Origin: a virus
Lineage: Duplodnaviria; Caudoviricetes
Direction: 5' to 3' (one strand)
Virus record (IMG/VR): IMGVR_UViG_3300043812_000016
Span: 79,483 to 143,482 of that record
DNA: 64,000 bases
Every line of letters starts with the position of its first letter. Within the stretch, counting starts at the first letter, position 1. The notes below the pieces were generated by a model that searched no databases, was not told the origin of the DNA, and saw only the letters and a list, made by a program, of their open reading frames with translations. This document shows, piece after piece, positions 53,846 to 62,765 of this stretch. Both the position numbers and the translations under genes were made by a program.

Positions 53846-53914
53846 TCAAATTCTAATAATACAAGCTAAAGTAACTATATTAGAAAAAGATAACAAAAGA
53901 GAGGATGAAATAAC

Positions 53915-54494
53915 ATGGAATTACATTCCGCAGAAAAAGCAGAAAAGGCTCGTAATGACGCTTTAAGAGATTTAATTGTAAAGGCAAGTAAGGTAAAGGT
54001 CAGTGACTTAAATAAGAAGTTTATCGTTATTAAAGATGTTACTGACTTTGGGAACTTATTTGACCTACGTGGTGCAGATGTATTAATCTTTGGAATTGTT
54101 GGTACAGACATCTACCGTCTCAAAAAGCTAGAACAAGCTAGTGACCCAACTAAGGGTGAATTAGTTGTTACAACTGATGCAGATAAGAAAGAAATTATCT
54201 GGAAACAAGATCATAAAGAACAACAACCATTTGAGGCTTACCACGTATTACGCAAATCTAAGTACTATGGTACAGACGCTGGTCAACCTATGTTAGAAGC
54301 CTTTACAAGCTCATATTCATGGTACTTACAATATTGCTGGCTATGACTCACGCTTAGTAACCTTTGCTGAATTAGTAGCTGACTTAAAAGAAAATGGCGA
54401 ATCTGCCCCAGTCCAACCAGCTAAACTATCAGCCCCACAAAGCCCAACCGTAGATCCAAAGGCTAAATCAGTAACAGTAAGTACAGATAAATAA
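53915..54494 (+). CDS. Virion-associated protein with C-terminal FN3 A/B-strand-like tag; apparent +1 error near 54300
   Basis: Removing one C gives a continuation ending LSAPQSPTVDPKAKSVTVSTDK. Confidence 0.6.
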
Positions 54495-54520
54495 AAGTAA
54501 TAAAATGAAAGGAAAATTCG

Positions 54521-55114
54521 ATGCTACCTTTTCAGTATGAACCAAAATTTATCATGTCTGGGGATCGAACCAAACAGCGTATGGTCGCTTTTAAGGGCTT
54601 AGAGTCTCCTGACAAAATTGGTATTGGTAAAGCTGGTGAAAACAAAGTTGTAATCACTGGTCTTCAGCCTGACACGTTTTATCCAGCAGGATCTTATAGT
54701 GTTGCTTACTACAGTGAACAAGGTAATGGTAGCGGGCGGATGCAACTACCAGCTTTTAGAACTAAACCCGTCATTATGGAAAGTTTTGATATTGACGTAG
54801 GTAAAGAGATTAGTGGTGTAGAAGGCGAAGTTAAGTCTGTTCTTCCGGGTAACTACAAGCCAACTAATACTTCTAATGTTAATGTTAAAGCAGAAAGTAA
54901 AGACGAAGATATTGCCCTCGCTAAGTATAATAGTCAACGGGGTACTTATGATATTAACTTTGTAAAAGAAGGAGAAACAGATATTGTATTTACTGCTTTA
55001 GACGGTGGCGGAGCTACTTTTGACCTATCTGTAGAAGTAAGACCTAAACCAGAAGCCCCAGAAGAAGTAACTGTAGTTAGCAAGAATAATTCAGCTACAA
55101 TTAAAGTAAATTAG
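54521..55114 (+). CDS. Ig-like decoration protein: headless FN3 + Big_2 + tag
   Basis: ITGLQPDT.YPAG.Y.VA; P.N.SN..V...S.DE.IA..G.T.I...A.DG. Confidence 0.8.
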   Translation: MLPFQYEPKFIMSGDRTKQRMVAFKGLESPDKIGIGKAGENKVVITGLQPDTFYPAGSYSVAYYSEQGNGSGRMQLPAFRTKPVIMESFDIDVGKEISGVEGEVKSVLPGNYKPTNTSNVNVKAESKDEDIALAKYNSQRGTYDINFVKEGETDIVFTALDGGGATFDLSVEVRPKPEAPEEVTVVSKNNSATIKVN

Positions 55115-55128
55115 GAGGGTACGAGTAA

Positions 55129-55737
55129 ATGGAAGATAGAACAAACGAACACTTAGTAATTTATGACAAAGATAATAGAGTAATTGCTACTGGAGAAAAG
55201 GGAGCTAAACAGGTAGAGATTACTGATTTAATTCCTAATACTGATTATCCAGACGGTTCATACACAGTAGCTTGGGTTAAGGAAAATGGGGATACTAGTG
55301 ATAAAATTAATGTCCCAGACTTTAATACTTTAGCTATTCTAATGGAAAGTTTCACCTTAGCCCCAGATACTATTACAGGTACCGAAGGTGACGACTTAAA
55401 TGTTACAGTTACTAGCATTAATCCAAGTGATGTTACTAATAATACTGTTAGTGCTGTTAGTGCAGATGAAAGTATTGCTACTATTAAGTGGGATGACGCT
55501 AAGCACGCATTTTCTGCTCATCTAGTTAAAGCGGGTAGAACTACCTTTAATTGGACATCAGCAGACGGTGGGGCTAAGTTAACCCAAAATGTAGAAGTTA
55601 CAGCTAAACCCGCCCCTGCTCCAGAACCAGCCTCTAGTCAACCAGCAGAAAGTAATGAGCCTACATCAGCTACTCCAGCAAGCCCAGCTTCTAGCCCTGC
55701 CAGTTCAGCTACTCCAGCAAGCCCAGCTTCAGTATAA
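55129..55737 (+). CDS. Ig-like decoration protein: headless FN3 + Big_2 + PAS-rich tail
   Basis: ITDL.PNT.YP.G.Y.VAW; Big_2 pattern; repeated TCAGCTACTCCAGCAAGCCCAGCTTC. Confidence 0.8.
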   Translation: MEDRTNEHLVIYDKDNRVIATGEKGAKQVEITDLIPNTDYPDGSYTVAWVKENGDTSDKINVPDFNTLAILMESFTLAPDTITGTEGDDLNVTVTSINPSDVTNNTVSAVSADESIATIKWDDAKHAFSAHLVKAGRTTFNWTSADGGAKLTQNVEVTAKPAPAPEPASSQPAESNEPTSATPASPASSPASSATPASPASV

Positions 55738-55769
55738 GGTTAAAGAGTGAGGTAACTGTTAATAAAAAT

Positions 55770-56172
55770 GCAGAACTATATAGAATGATATAGAAACATA
55801 TGCTATATTTAAATCGTAGAAAGAATAAATGTAGGCGATTTATTAGGGCAATGTTAAAACCAAAAGGAATGACTAAAAGATTAGGTATTACAGTTAGAAT
55901 CTGCAAATTTCACCTTGACTTCTAAAAACATTAAAGTTAAACTTCGCTTGTAGAAGAAAAGAGGTGAAAATAATGATCCGAGTTCAAAAGGTAAGGCTTT
56001 ACCCAAATCAAACCATGAAAAAGGTTCTTGATGATCTATGTGATTATCGTAGGTATTGTTGGAATCAAGGCTTAGCTTTATGGAATGACATGTATGACAG
56101 TTCATTGGTTTTAGATGATAAAAAGTTAAGACCTAGCGAACGTAAGGTTCGTAATGAGTTAGTAGCTAATAA
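55770..56172 (+). mobile_element. IS607-family remnant: tnpA stub + 5' part of tnpB
   Basis: 55851..55925 MLKPKGMTKRLGITVR resembles the IS607 TnpA N-terminal HTH; 55973 onward MIRVQKVRLYPN...RRYCWNQGLALWNDMY is a TnpB N-terminus. Boundaries approximate. Confidence 0.75.
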
Positions 56173-56239
56173 AATTGAAAAACCAACAAATATTAAAGTA
56201 GTTGCAAGTAGTAAGAGAACAACAATTAGCGCAGAATAG
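55973..56239 (+). CDS. Chimeric 88-aa ORF: TnpB N-terminus + FN3 tag
   Basis: Promoter TTGACT-17-TAAACT (55915-55943); SD GAGGTG; ends KPTNIKVVASSKRTTISAE. Confidence 0.6.
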   Translation: MIRVQKVRLYPNQTMKKVLDDLCDYRRYCWNQGLALWNDMYDSSLVLDDKKLRPSERKVRNELVANKIEKPTNIKVVASSKRTTISAE

Positions 56240-56252
56240 AGGGATTTAAAAC

Positions 56253-56465
56253 ATGGATAACGGACAAGGATTAATCTTAGAAGTGTTTAACCAAGCCGGT
56301 AGCTTAGTAGCTCAAGGTGATATTGGTAAGAACACTGTAAATATTAAAGGCTTAAAAGCTGGTCAAGCAGTTAAAGAAGGAGAATATACAGTAGCTTATA
56401 CTGATGGTAAAGTTATTGGTGATACTGCTAAAGTTCCTGCTTTCAACGTTCAAGCAAGTAAATAA
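56253..56465 (+). CDS. Stand-alone headless FN3 protein
   Basis: IKGLKAG....GEYTVAY...KVPAF. Confidence 0.75.
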   Translation: MDNGQGLILEVFNQAGSLVAQGDIGKNTVNIKGLKAGQAVKEGEYTVAYTDGKVIGDTAKVPAFNVQASK

Positions 56466-56509
56466 TCAATAAAAGGGGTTATTAATTTAACCTCTTTTAT
56501 TTTTGCCCT

Positions 56510-56556
56510 TTGTACAAAAACGGTTGAATATTTAACTAAAAGTGTTATACTTAAAA
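56510..56556 (+). promoter_or_regulatory. Conserved early promoter, copy 3
   Basis: TGTACAAAAACGGTTGAATATTTAACTAAAAGTGTTATACTTAAAA, after terminator 56468-56504. Confidence 0.8.
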
Positions 56557-56581
56557 TATAAAAAAGAAAGGATGTGTAATA

Positions 56582-57484
56582 ATGGCTACTAAAAAACCTG
56601 TTATTATCTATCACCACACAGACAGAATAAGCTATTTAGCTGGATTACTAGCTAAAGCCTATTACCTTAATAAGGGATATAAGGTTGATATGTATTCTAT
56701 TAGTTATCTAAGTCAATTAGAGGGTATTACTTCCCAACAGCCCGTTAAAATCATTTTGATTGGAATTGCTTTATTGCCACAAACTAACCTATCTAGTTTA
56801 GCAGGTCAAGAGTTTATTTCTTTTAATCCTTATTGGACAAATTATGAAAAAACTGTTAAAAATATCTCAAATTGTAGTATAATATGTGAAGGGTATGGTT
56901 TTAGTTATTACTCTGATGATATGAGACCTAATGTTCTAGCAATGATTTCTTACTTTACAGGAATTCAACCAATCTTATATGATCAAGAACACGATAAATC
57001 ATATAACTTGATTGAAGAACTGGATAAGTTAGAGTACGGATTAAAGATCCCCGATTTAGATACTAAAGATGTTTATAATTTTATTAACACTAAGGTTGTA
57101 GTTAATACTCATTTTTACTTACAATCTAACAAACTTTATTACTATATGCCTAAAGTGATTAATATGTATACTAAACCAGATAGTACAATGATTAAGTATT
57201 ATGACACTTATATTGTTATTGCTAGAGAAGAAGGAGACTATCGTAAGTCTCGCTTCGTATTAGGTCAATACCAGCAAGCTGATGTGTTAGTTACGTTTGA
57301 TATTAAAGCTTCGAAGAATTCAGTCGCTAAGTACCTAGTGTTACATCCTAGTGCTTACAATAATGAAAAACTCAAGGAATTCTTGACAAATAATACTTTT
57401 ATACCTAAACAGCCAATTAGCAAAGTCGGCTATGCTGTATCAGAGATTAACTTAAAAAACCTATTACTTAATTCGTTAGAGTAA
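56582..57484 (+). CDS. Hypothetical protein (possibly degenerate DHH-like fold)
   Basis: N-terminal IIYHH.D; weak. Confidence 0.55.
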   Translation: MATKKPVIIYHHTDRISYLAGLLAKAYYLNKGYKVDMYSISYLSQLEGITSQQPVKIILIGIALLPQTNLSSLAGQEFISFNPYWTNYEKTVKNISNCSIICEGYGFSYYSDDMRPNVLAMISYFTGIQPILYDQEHDKSYNLIEELDKLEYGLKIPDLDTKDVYNFINTKVVVNTHFYLQSNKLYYYMPKVINMYTKPDSTMIKYYDTYIVIAREEGDYRKSRFVLGQYQQADVLVTFDIKASKNSVAKYLVLHPSAYNNEKLKEFLTNNTFIPKQPISKVGYAVSEINLKNLLLNSLE

Positions 57485-57492
57485 GGGAAGGT

Positions 57493-58983
57493 TTGCTAAT
57501 CAATACAAAGCTTGTATATGCAATTTTAGGTGATATTGCTCGTAAATTTAATAACCAAGTTTCTCTTGGTATCATTAACTCTTATTTAAGAGACTATAGT
57601 CAAAAAACAATCAACTCTAAAGACCTAGATCAATTCATTAGTAACCTATCTGATAAAGATAGTAGCGCTCATAAAGTATATATGAGTGTTAAAGAGGGTA
57701 GTGAAACTATTGAATCTGTTCTGGGTTTAACTTCTTCTCCAGTTAAAGTTCATTATGTTAATACTAGAGATGAAGTTTTGTCTATCCCTACAACGGAATT
57801 GGATAAGGTTGTTATGATTGTTCGAGAATTAGAAAACGCTAGTCCTAGTAAGTCTGTCTCATGGCGTAAGGTTAGAGCTAAAGCTAAAGAATTAGACTTA
57901 GTATTCTCGCCAAGTAAAGACTTTAAAGAATTAGTCATGAGACGTAAGGACGAATTAGAGCAATCGCCTAGACAAGAGCTTTCAGCAACAGAACAACAAT
58001 TTGTTAATAAAGCTTTTGGTAGTGAATTAGGCGAATACCAGATTAAGAAACGGGAATTACAAAATAAAAATCGTGAGCTTAATAAATTACAACGTAAATT
58101 AACAGATCAAACAATCTTTAGCCAAGAATTAATTAAGAGTATTAGTAAGCCCCGAGTTATTCGTACTAATAGATATGTAAAAAATAATCTTGGTGTTAAT
58201 AATAATGACACTTTAATTGTTATTACATCTGACTGGCACGTTGGGGCTAAAGTAGAACTTAAGAATAATGAATACAGCTATGCAATTGCTCAACAGCGTT
58301 TAGATAAATACATTCAAGCTATTTGTCGGGCTGTTCAATTATACAAGCCAAGTAATATTAAGATTATTAACCTAGGCGACTTAATTGAAAATTCCCAGAT
58401 GAGACAAAACCAAGGTTACTACACTGAATTTGAATTGTCTAATCAGATTGTTAAAGCTACCGAATTACAAGATAGTTTTTTATCCAGCTTAGCAATTAGT
58501 TTTCCTAATATCCAATTTGAATTTACTGAATTGGCAGGTAATCATGATCGCTTTGCTCCTAATAAAAAAGATCAACTTTATGGTGATAGTGTTGCTGTAG
58601 TAGCACGAGAATTAACTAAGAGCTTTAAAAATACTAATAAAGCAATGACTAATTTTAAAGTCATTAATCCAAATACAGAATACCGTCATATTGTTAATGT
58701 GCAAGGTCATAATTTAGCTTTTGTTCATGGAGATTTAGATAAGGTTAATGATAACAACTGTCTTGCTAAGGTTGGAGCATTTGAACATACTACTTTAGAC
58801 GCATTGGTAGGGGGTCATTTACATTCATTAATGATTAAAGAAAATAATGGGCTAGTAGTTCAGTCAGGGTCGCTGATTGGCCCTACAGAATACAGCGATC
58901 GACTAGGGTGCTATGCTTCTGCTAGTCAAGTAATGTTAAATGTTACTCCAGAAACAATTACACCATTGGTAGTAAACCTATAA
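57493..58983 (+). CDS. Calcineurin-like metallophosphoesterase / exonuclease
   Basis: SDWHVG, LGDLIE, GNHDR, HGD, GHLH. Confidence 0.85.
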   Translation: MLINTKLVYAILGDIARKFNNQVSLGIINSYLRDYSQKTINSKDLDQFISNLSDKDSSAHKVYMSVKEGSETIESVLGLTSSPVKVHYVNTRDEVLSIPTTELDKVVMIVRELENASPSKSVSWRKVRAKAKELDLVFSPSKDFKELVMRRKDELEQSPRQELSATEQQFVNKAFGSELGEYQIKKRELQNKNRELNKLQRKLTDQTIFSQELIKSISKPRVIRTNRYVKNNLGVNNNDTLIVITSDWHVGAKVELKNNEYSYAIAQQRLDKYIQAICRAVQLYKPSNIKIINLGDLIENSQMRQNQGYYTEFELSNQIVKATELQDSFLSSLAISFPNIQFEFTELAGNHDRFAPNKKDQLYGDSVAVVARELTKSFKNTNKAMTNFKVINPNTEYRHIVNVQGHNLAFVHGDLDKVNDNNCLAKVGAFEHTTLDALVGGHLHSLMIKENNGLVVQSGSLIGPTEYSDRLGCYASASQVMLNVTPETITPLVVNL

Positions 58984-59049
58984 AATAAGTAAACCTCACT
59001 ATTTATTAGCTATAATTAAGTTAATAAATTTAGTGAGGTTTTTAATTTA

Positions 59050-59682
59050 ATGAAAGATAATAAAATTATGAATATTCCATATGATAAATTAATTAACAGA
59101 TTTCATTGGTCTTTTGGTCTATTAATTGCATTATTTACACTACTAATTATTGCCATTGTTACTGGGTATACTATACCTGTGTGGGGTGTTTGGGCTTGGC
59201 TAGTTCTCTTAGTTATTGGTATAGTTGTGCTAGGTGAAACAATGTATAACTTAGGGCAACAGGAACTATTTTATAACTATGACGAACTAGTAGTAAGTCG
59301 TCTAAACGAAAAAGGTGAAAAGGAAGTTATGTTCTTGTCTAATACTGAGAACTTAGCAGACCTATACGAAGAATTCGGCAATAATAAAAAATCAAATGAA
59401 TTACAAAAGTTAGAAGCACAGCATTTAATTGATAGTAAGATTATTCAAGGGTTCCAACGGGAAAATAATTGTATTAGTGGTGCTTACTACTTATTAACTA
59501 ATGACAACCAACTATTCTGGTCTGATGATCTTAATGCTGTTCTTACTTTTTCTAGTAAAGACTCTGCTCAAGCTTATGTTAATGAACACATTAAAGACTT
59601 TGATGGTAAAATTATGAATTTACCTATTGCCTTAGACGGTGAAGTAAAAACAGAGGACAATAAAGAGGTGATAACAGACTAA
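59050..59682 (+). CDS. Membrane protein
   Basis: Two N-terminal TMs. Confidence 0.65.
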   Translation: MKDNKIMNIPYDKLINRFHWSFGLLIALFTLLIIAIVTGYTIPVWGVWAWLVLLVIGIVVLGETMYNLGQQELFYNYDELVVSRLNEKGEKEVMFLSNTENLADLYEEFGNNKKSNELQKLEAQHLIDSKIIQGFQRENNCISGAYYLLTNDNQLFWSDDLNAVLTFSSKDSAQAYVNEHIKDFDGKIMNLPIALDGEVKTEDNKEVITD

Positions 59683-60053
59683 TGATACAATATTGTATAA
59701 TTACTTATATTATAGTTGAAATCTTTGAAGGTATCTCTGCTTATACTAATATTAGACAAGATAAGCAAAACATAACCAGATTCCAAAGAAACGTTTACAG
59801 TGTTAGTATCTTAATCTCTTATACCTTAACCATTCTATTAGGAATACTTGGTATATACGGTGTATACACGTACTTGGGATTAGAAAATGAAGTTGCTTTT
59901 ATTATTGGCTTAATTTTAGCTTTCTGGATAAGAGATATTATTGACTCTGTAATCGTTCGTAAGTTTATCGCTTATCAGTATAAAGCTAGACTTAAATATT
60001 ATGAACATAAAGTAATGGGTGATAAGAATGAACGAACTGGAAAAGATGCTTGA
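59682..60053 (+). CDS. Membrane protein
   Basis: Three hydrophobic segments. Confidence 0.65.
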   Translation: MIQYCIITYIIVEIFEGISAYTNIRQDKQNITRFQRNVYSVSILISYTLTILLGILGIYGVYTYLGLENEVAFIIGLILAFWIRDIIDSVIVRKFIAYQYKARLKYYEHKVMGDKNERTGKDA

Positions 60054-60588
60054 TGTACAATCAGGCGTTGTTATTGTTGATAATGAGCCTTATTACTATA
60101 TAGACTTAATCCAAGGTGACGATGGTAAATTAGTAGTTGCCTATGAACTAGGTACTAAAGGAATTGAACTTTATAAGCAAACTAAGGATCCAAACGTATT
60201 GTTTAAAAAGCGAATGCTAGTAGAAACTAAGGAAAAGCCTTATGAGGGAACAAGCTTAGCTCAACATCTCAATAACAAGCGTAAGTTAAAAGTTAAACGT
60301 AAATTCAACTACCTGCCAGCTATTTTTACTACTCCAGTCATTAGAGGTACTGATACAGTTACTGGCAATTGGGGCTTAGGTTTCCCCGAAATGCACAAAA
60401 AAGTGTTAGTAGGACCAAAGACAGGTAAATACGAAAAAATGGAAAAGACTGGTATATTCATCGGTCTTAATAATGTTAAATGGTTAAAAGACACCTACCA
60501 ATTTGATCGCTGGAAAGGATATATTGGACCTTTATACAGTACTTATATGCCTTACTTTAATGTATTAACTTCTTCGGGGGCAATGTGA
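60028..60588 (+). CDS. Conserved hypothetical protein
   Basis: PVIRGTDTVTG..G.GF...GIFIGL..VKW. Confidence 0.65.
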   Translation: MNELEKMLDVQSGVVIVDNEPYYYIDLIQGDDGKLVVAYELGTKGIELYKQTKDPNVLFKKRMLVETKEKPYEGTSLAQHLNNKRKLKVKRKFNYLPAIFTTPVIRGTDTVTGNWGLGFPEMHKKVLVGPKTGKYEKMEKTGIFIGLNNVKWLKDTYQFDRWKGYIGPLYSTYMPYFNVLTSSGAM

Positions 60589-61310
60589 TGAAACGATTAA
60601 TGGAAGATGAGATTAAAAACAGTATCTTACATAATAAAAACCTATTTGATCGTTACGGCCCAATCGGTAACAGCTTAATTATCTATGAAAAGACAATTAA
60701 CTGGAAAACAATTGCTGATTGCCTACTGTTTAGTAGTAATAAGGGTATCATTGGAATTGAAATTAAAACTGAATATGATACTCTCAGAAGACTTCCTCAT
60801 CAGTTAGCAGATTATATAAGAGTTTGTAAATATACTTATGTTTATTGCCACGACTCCCATGTTAAAAAAGTAAAAGAGCTGATTGAAAGTAATCCAGAAT
60901 TAAGTTGTGTAGGTATTATTAGTTATGAGCAATTTGAAGACCAAGCAATTACAGGAATGATTAAAAAGGCTGAACCTTCGCCTAAAGTAACTTTAAGAGG
61001 AACTACTTCCATTTTATGGTCTAGCGAACTTAATGCTATCCTTAATGCTAAAACTCATACCCGAGAAAAGCGTAGACGGGTTGAGGCAGAAAATCTATTT
61101 GGTGAAATGTTTAATAAAGATAATCAACAAAAAGTAATTGCCAGTCTTTATATCAAGGGTATGCTAGATTCTAAAAAATCTTTACAACGTTACCATTTTG
61201 GTAATATCTATACACACGATACTACAACAGGTGGTGAGTTTCATAGCAAAGCAGAAAAACGAAAGTGGCATCAAAGGTCTGTCGCTAACCGGCGCAGGGT
61301 TTTTAAATAG
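60585..61310 (+). CDS. PD-(D/E)XK nuclease-like protein (sce7726 family)
   Basis: IADC...IGIEIKTEYDTLRRLPHQL..Y. Confidence 0.75.
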   Translation: MMKRLMEDEIKNSILHNKNLFDRYGPIGNSLIIYEKTINWKTIADCLLFSSNKGIIGIEIKTEYDTLRRLPHQLADYIRVCKYTYVYCHDSHVKKVKELIESNPELSCVGIISYEQFEDQAITGMIKKAEPSPKVTLRGTTSILWSSELNAILNAKTHTREKRRRVEAENLFGEMFNKDNQQKVIASLYIKGMLDSKKSLQRYHFGNIYTHDTTTGGEFHSKAEKRKWHQRSVANRRRVFK

Positions 61311-61707
61311 TAAAAGAGGATATTACTTAGAGGGTTTCTTTACTAAGATTAATAAAGCCAGTAAAAAGGACCTATACAACGCAGAAAAGTATGGTCTGGA
61401 ATTGGTCTCTAGGTATGAAAAGATTGACTTAAAACTACTACAGCTAAAAAAGATAGATCAGAAAGGTACTATCTCAACCACTACTGAAATATACCAAGTA
61501 AGGACTGGGGCAATGATTAATGGTAAACTTTACATTACTGCACAGGTCTTATCTGAAAACTATATTACAATTATGTATAATTATCGCTATCGTACCACTT
61601 CACGTGACTTTTTTAATATTCATGACTCTCTGGATAGCAGAGTTACTCATAAAAACCCCGGTTACGGTAAAGGACGCAAAATAGGTAAGAAAAAGGGTGT
61701 CCCGTAA
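61234..61707 (+). CDS. Hypothetical basic protein (start uncertain)
   Basis: Open frame; K/R-rich C-terminus. Confidence 0.55.
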   Translation: MSFIAKQKNESGIKGLSLTGAGFLNSKRGYYLEGFFTKINKASKKDLYNAEKYGLELVSRYEKIDLKLLQLKKIDQKGTISTTTEIYQVRTGAMINGKLYITAQVLSENYITIMYNYRYRTTSRDFFNIHDSLDSRVTHKNPGYGKGRKIGKKKGVP

Positions 61708-61768
61708 GGTACAATTACATGAGAATAAGCAAGAAAATATTAGACGTAAATACAAGGAGAGATAAAAA

Positions 61769-62104
61769 ATGATTAATAAACGGATTGTTGAAAAGAAAAC
61801 ATATGAATTGATTGATAGCTTGGCTTTTAAGCAATATGAAGTTAGAGCTAAGGACCAAGAATACAATCGCCTTAATGGTTTGCCTACTTTCAGAGTTAAA
61901 GAACCTAATACTGGCGTTATCAAGTCCTATACTGTACAATTAACAGCAGATTTTAAGAATGTTAAAGTCGTAGAACATGGGATTTATGATACTGAGTGGG
62001 GATTCTTGCCATTAAAGAAAGAGGAACCTAAGCCTAAGAAGACAGCAACTAAGAAAGCTACTAGAACATCAGCTAAAAAGACAACTACTACAGCTAAGAA
62101 ATAA
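61769..62104 (+). CDS. Hypothetical protein with histone-like KKTA tail
   Basis: AAGGAG SD. Confidence 0.65.
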   Translation: MINKRIVEKKTYELIDSLAFKQYEVRAKDQEYNRLNGLPTFRVKEPNTGVIKSYTVQLTADFKNVKVVEHGIYDTEWGFLPLKKEEPKPKKTATKKATRTSAKKTTTTAKK

Positions 62105-62115
62105 GGTAATTGCTG

Positions 62116-62322
62116 ATGAAAAAGCTAATTAATAATTGGTTGTTAATGACCATTATAATGACAGTTGTTTATAGCTTTTTATGGCAAGGTATTGTATTTG
62201 TTGGCTATTTGATTGGCTATGTATTAGGTTTACCTCATGTACAAATGTTAGAGTTAACTACTGCGCTAGGGTTTGTAACTGGTGCTTCTTTACCAATCTT
62301 AATTAATTATCATAGACGCTAA
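62116..62322 (+). CDS. Small membrane protein
   Basis: Two TMs. Confidence 0.55.
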   Translation: MKKLINNWLLMTIIMTVVYSFLWQGIVFVGYLIGYVLGLPHVQMLELTTALGFVTGASLPILINYHRR

Positions 62323-62327
62323 ACATA

Positions 62328-62368
62328 GGGATTTTGAGTGGTTTTAAGGCTATTCAAAGTCCCTTTTT
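62328..62368 (+). terminator. Intrinsic terminator
   Basis: GGGATTTTGAGTGG...CTATTCAAAGTCCC followed by a T-run. Confidence 0.7.
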
Positions 62369-62765
62369 GTCTACAGTTTTGTATGTAGAATTATATTAAT
62401 TTTTGAGTACCAGAAAAAGTATTCACATTTTCATTAATTTTTGTTCACTATATTAATTTTTGAAAACCAAGAATAACACACAATTTAGTGTACTTATTTT
62501 AAGCGGGTTAAAATCGGCTAAAACTCCCTAAAATGACTATAATTCAGCATATATCTAAATTTATTGAGTTAAACTATAAACAGAACCTAGTTAGGGCTAC
62601 GATTAGAAGATACTTACAGACAGTAAGCAAGAACCGATTTTTAAAACATTCCTATCTAGGCTAAAACTCAATTTATATATGCTCAAATTAGGCTATAAGA
62701 GCCTGTTTTAGCGATTTTAATTTGTTCATGATAAATTATACTAAAATCAATTAGGAGGGCTTAGA

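Noticed and set aside
1220-54305. About 13 frameshifts in TMP, baseplate, DUF4815, DnaB, SbcC and other genes as programmed recoding or pseudogenisation
   Set aside because: Most are one extra G or C beside the same base (e.g. caaGgca, caaGgga, gaaGgta, aaaGggc, actCcct, gaCctgta) in essential genes, with no shared slippery motif. This fits sequencing indels; raw reads should confirm.
55973-56239. Functional TnpB RNA-guided nuclease
   Set aside because: RuvC and zinc-finger regions and the IS right end are absent
61234-61260. Possible ATA start (ATA GCA AAG CAG) for the gene ending at 61707
   Set aside because: An in-frame GTG is nearby and the overlap with the upstream gene may reflect another indel; unresolved
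293-61939. Minus-strand and nested short ORFs in the track
   Set aside because: They are shadows of longer + strand genes, without SD or recognisable motifs
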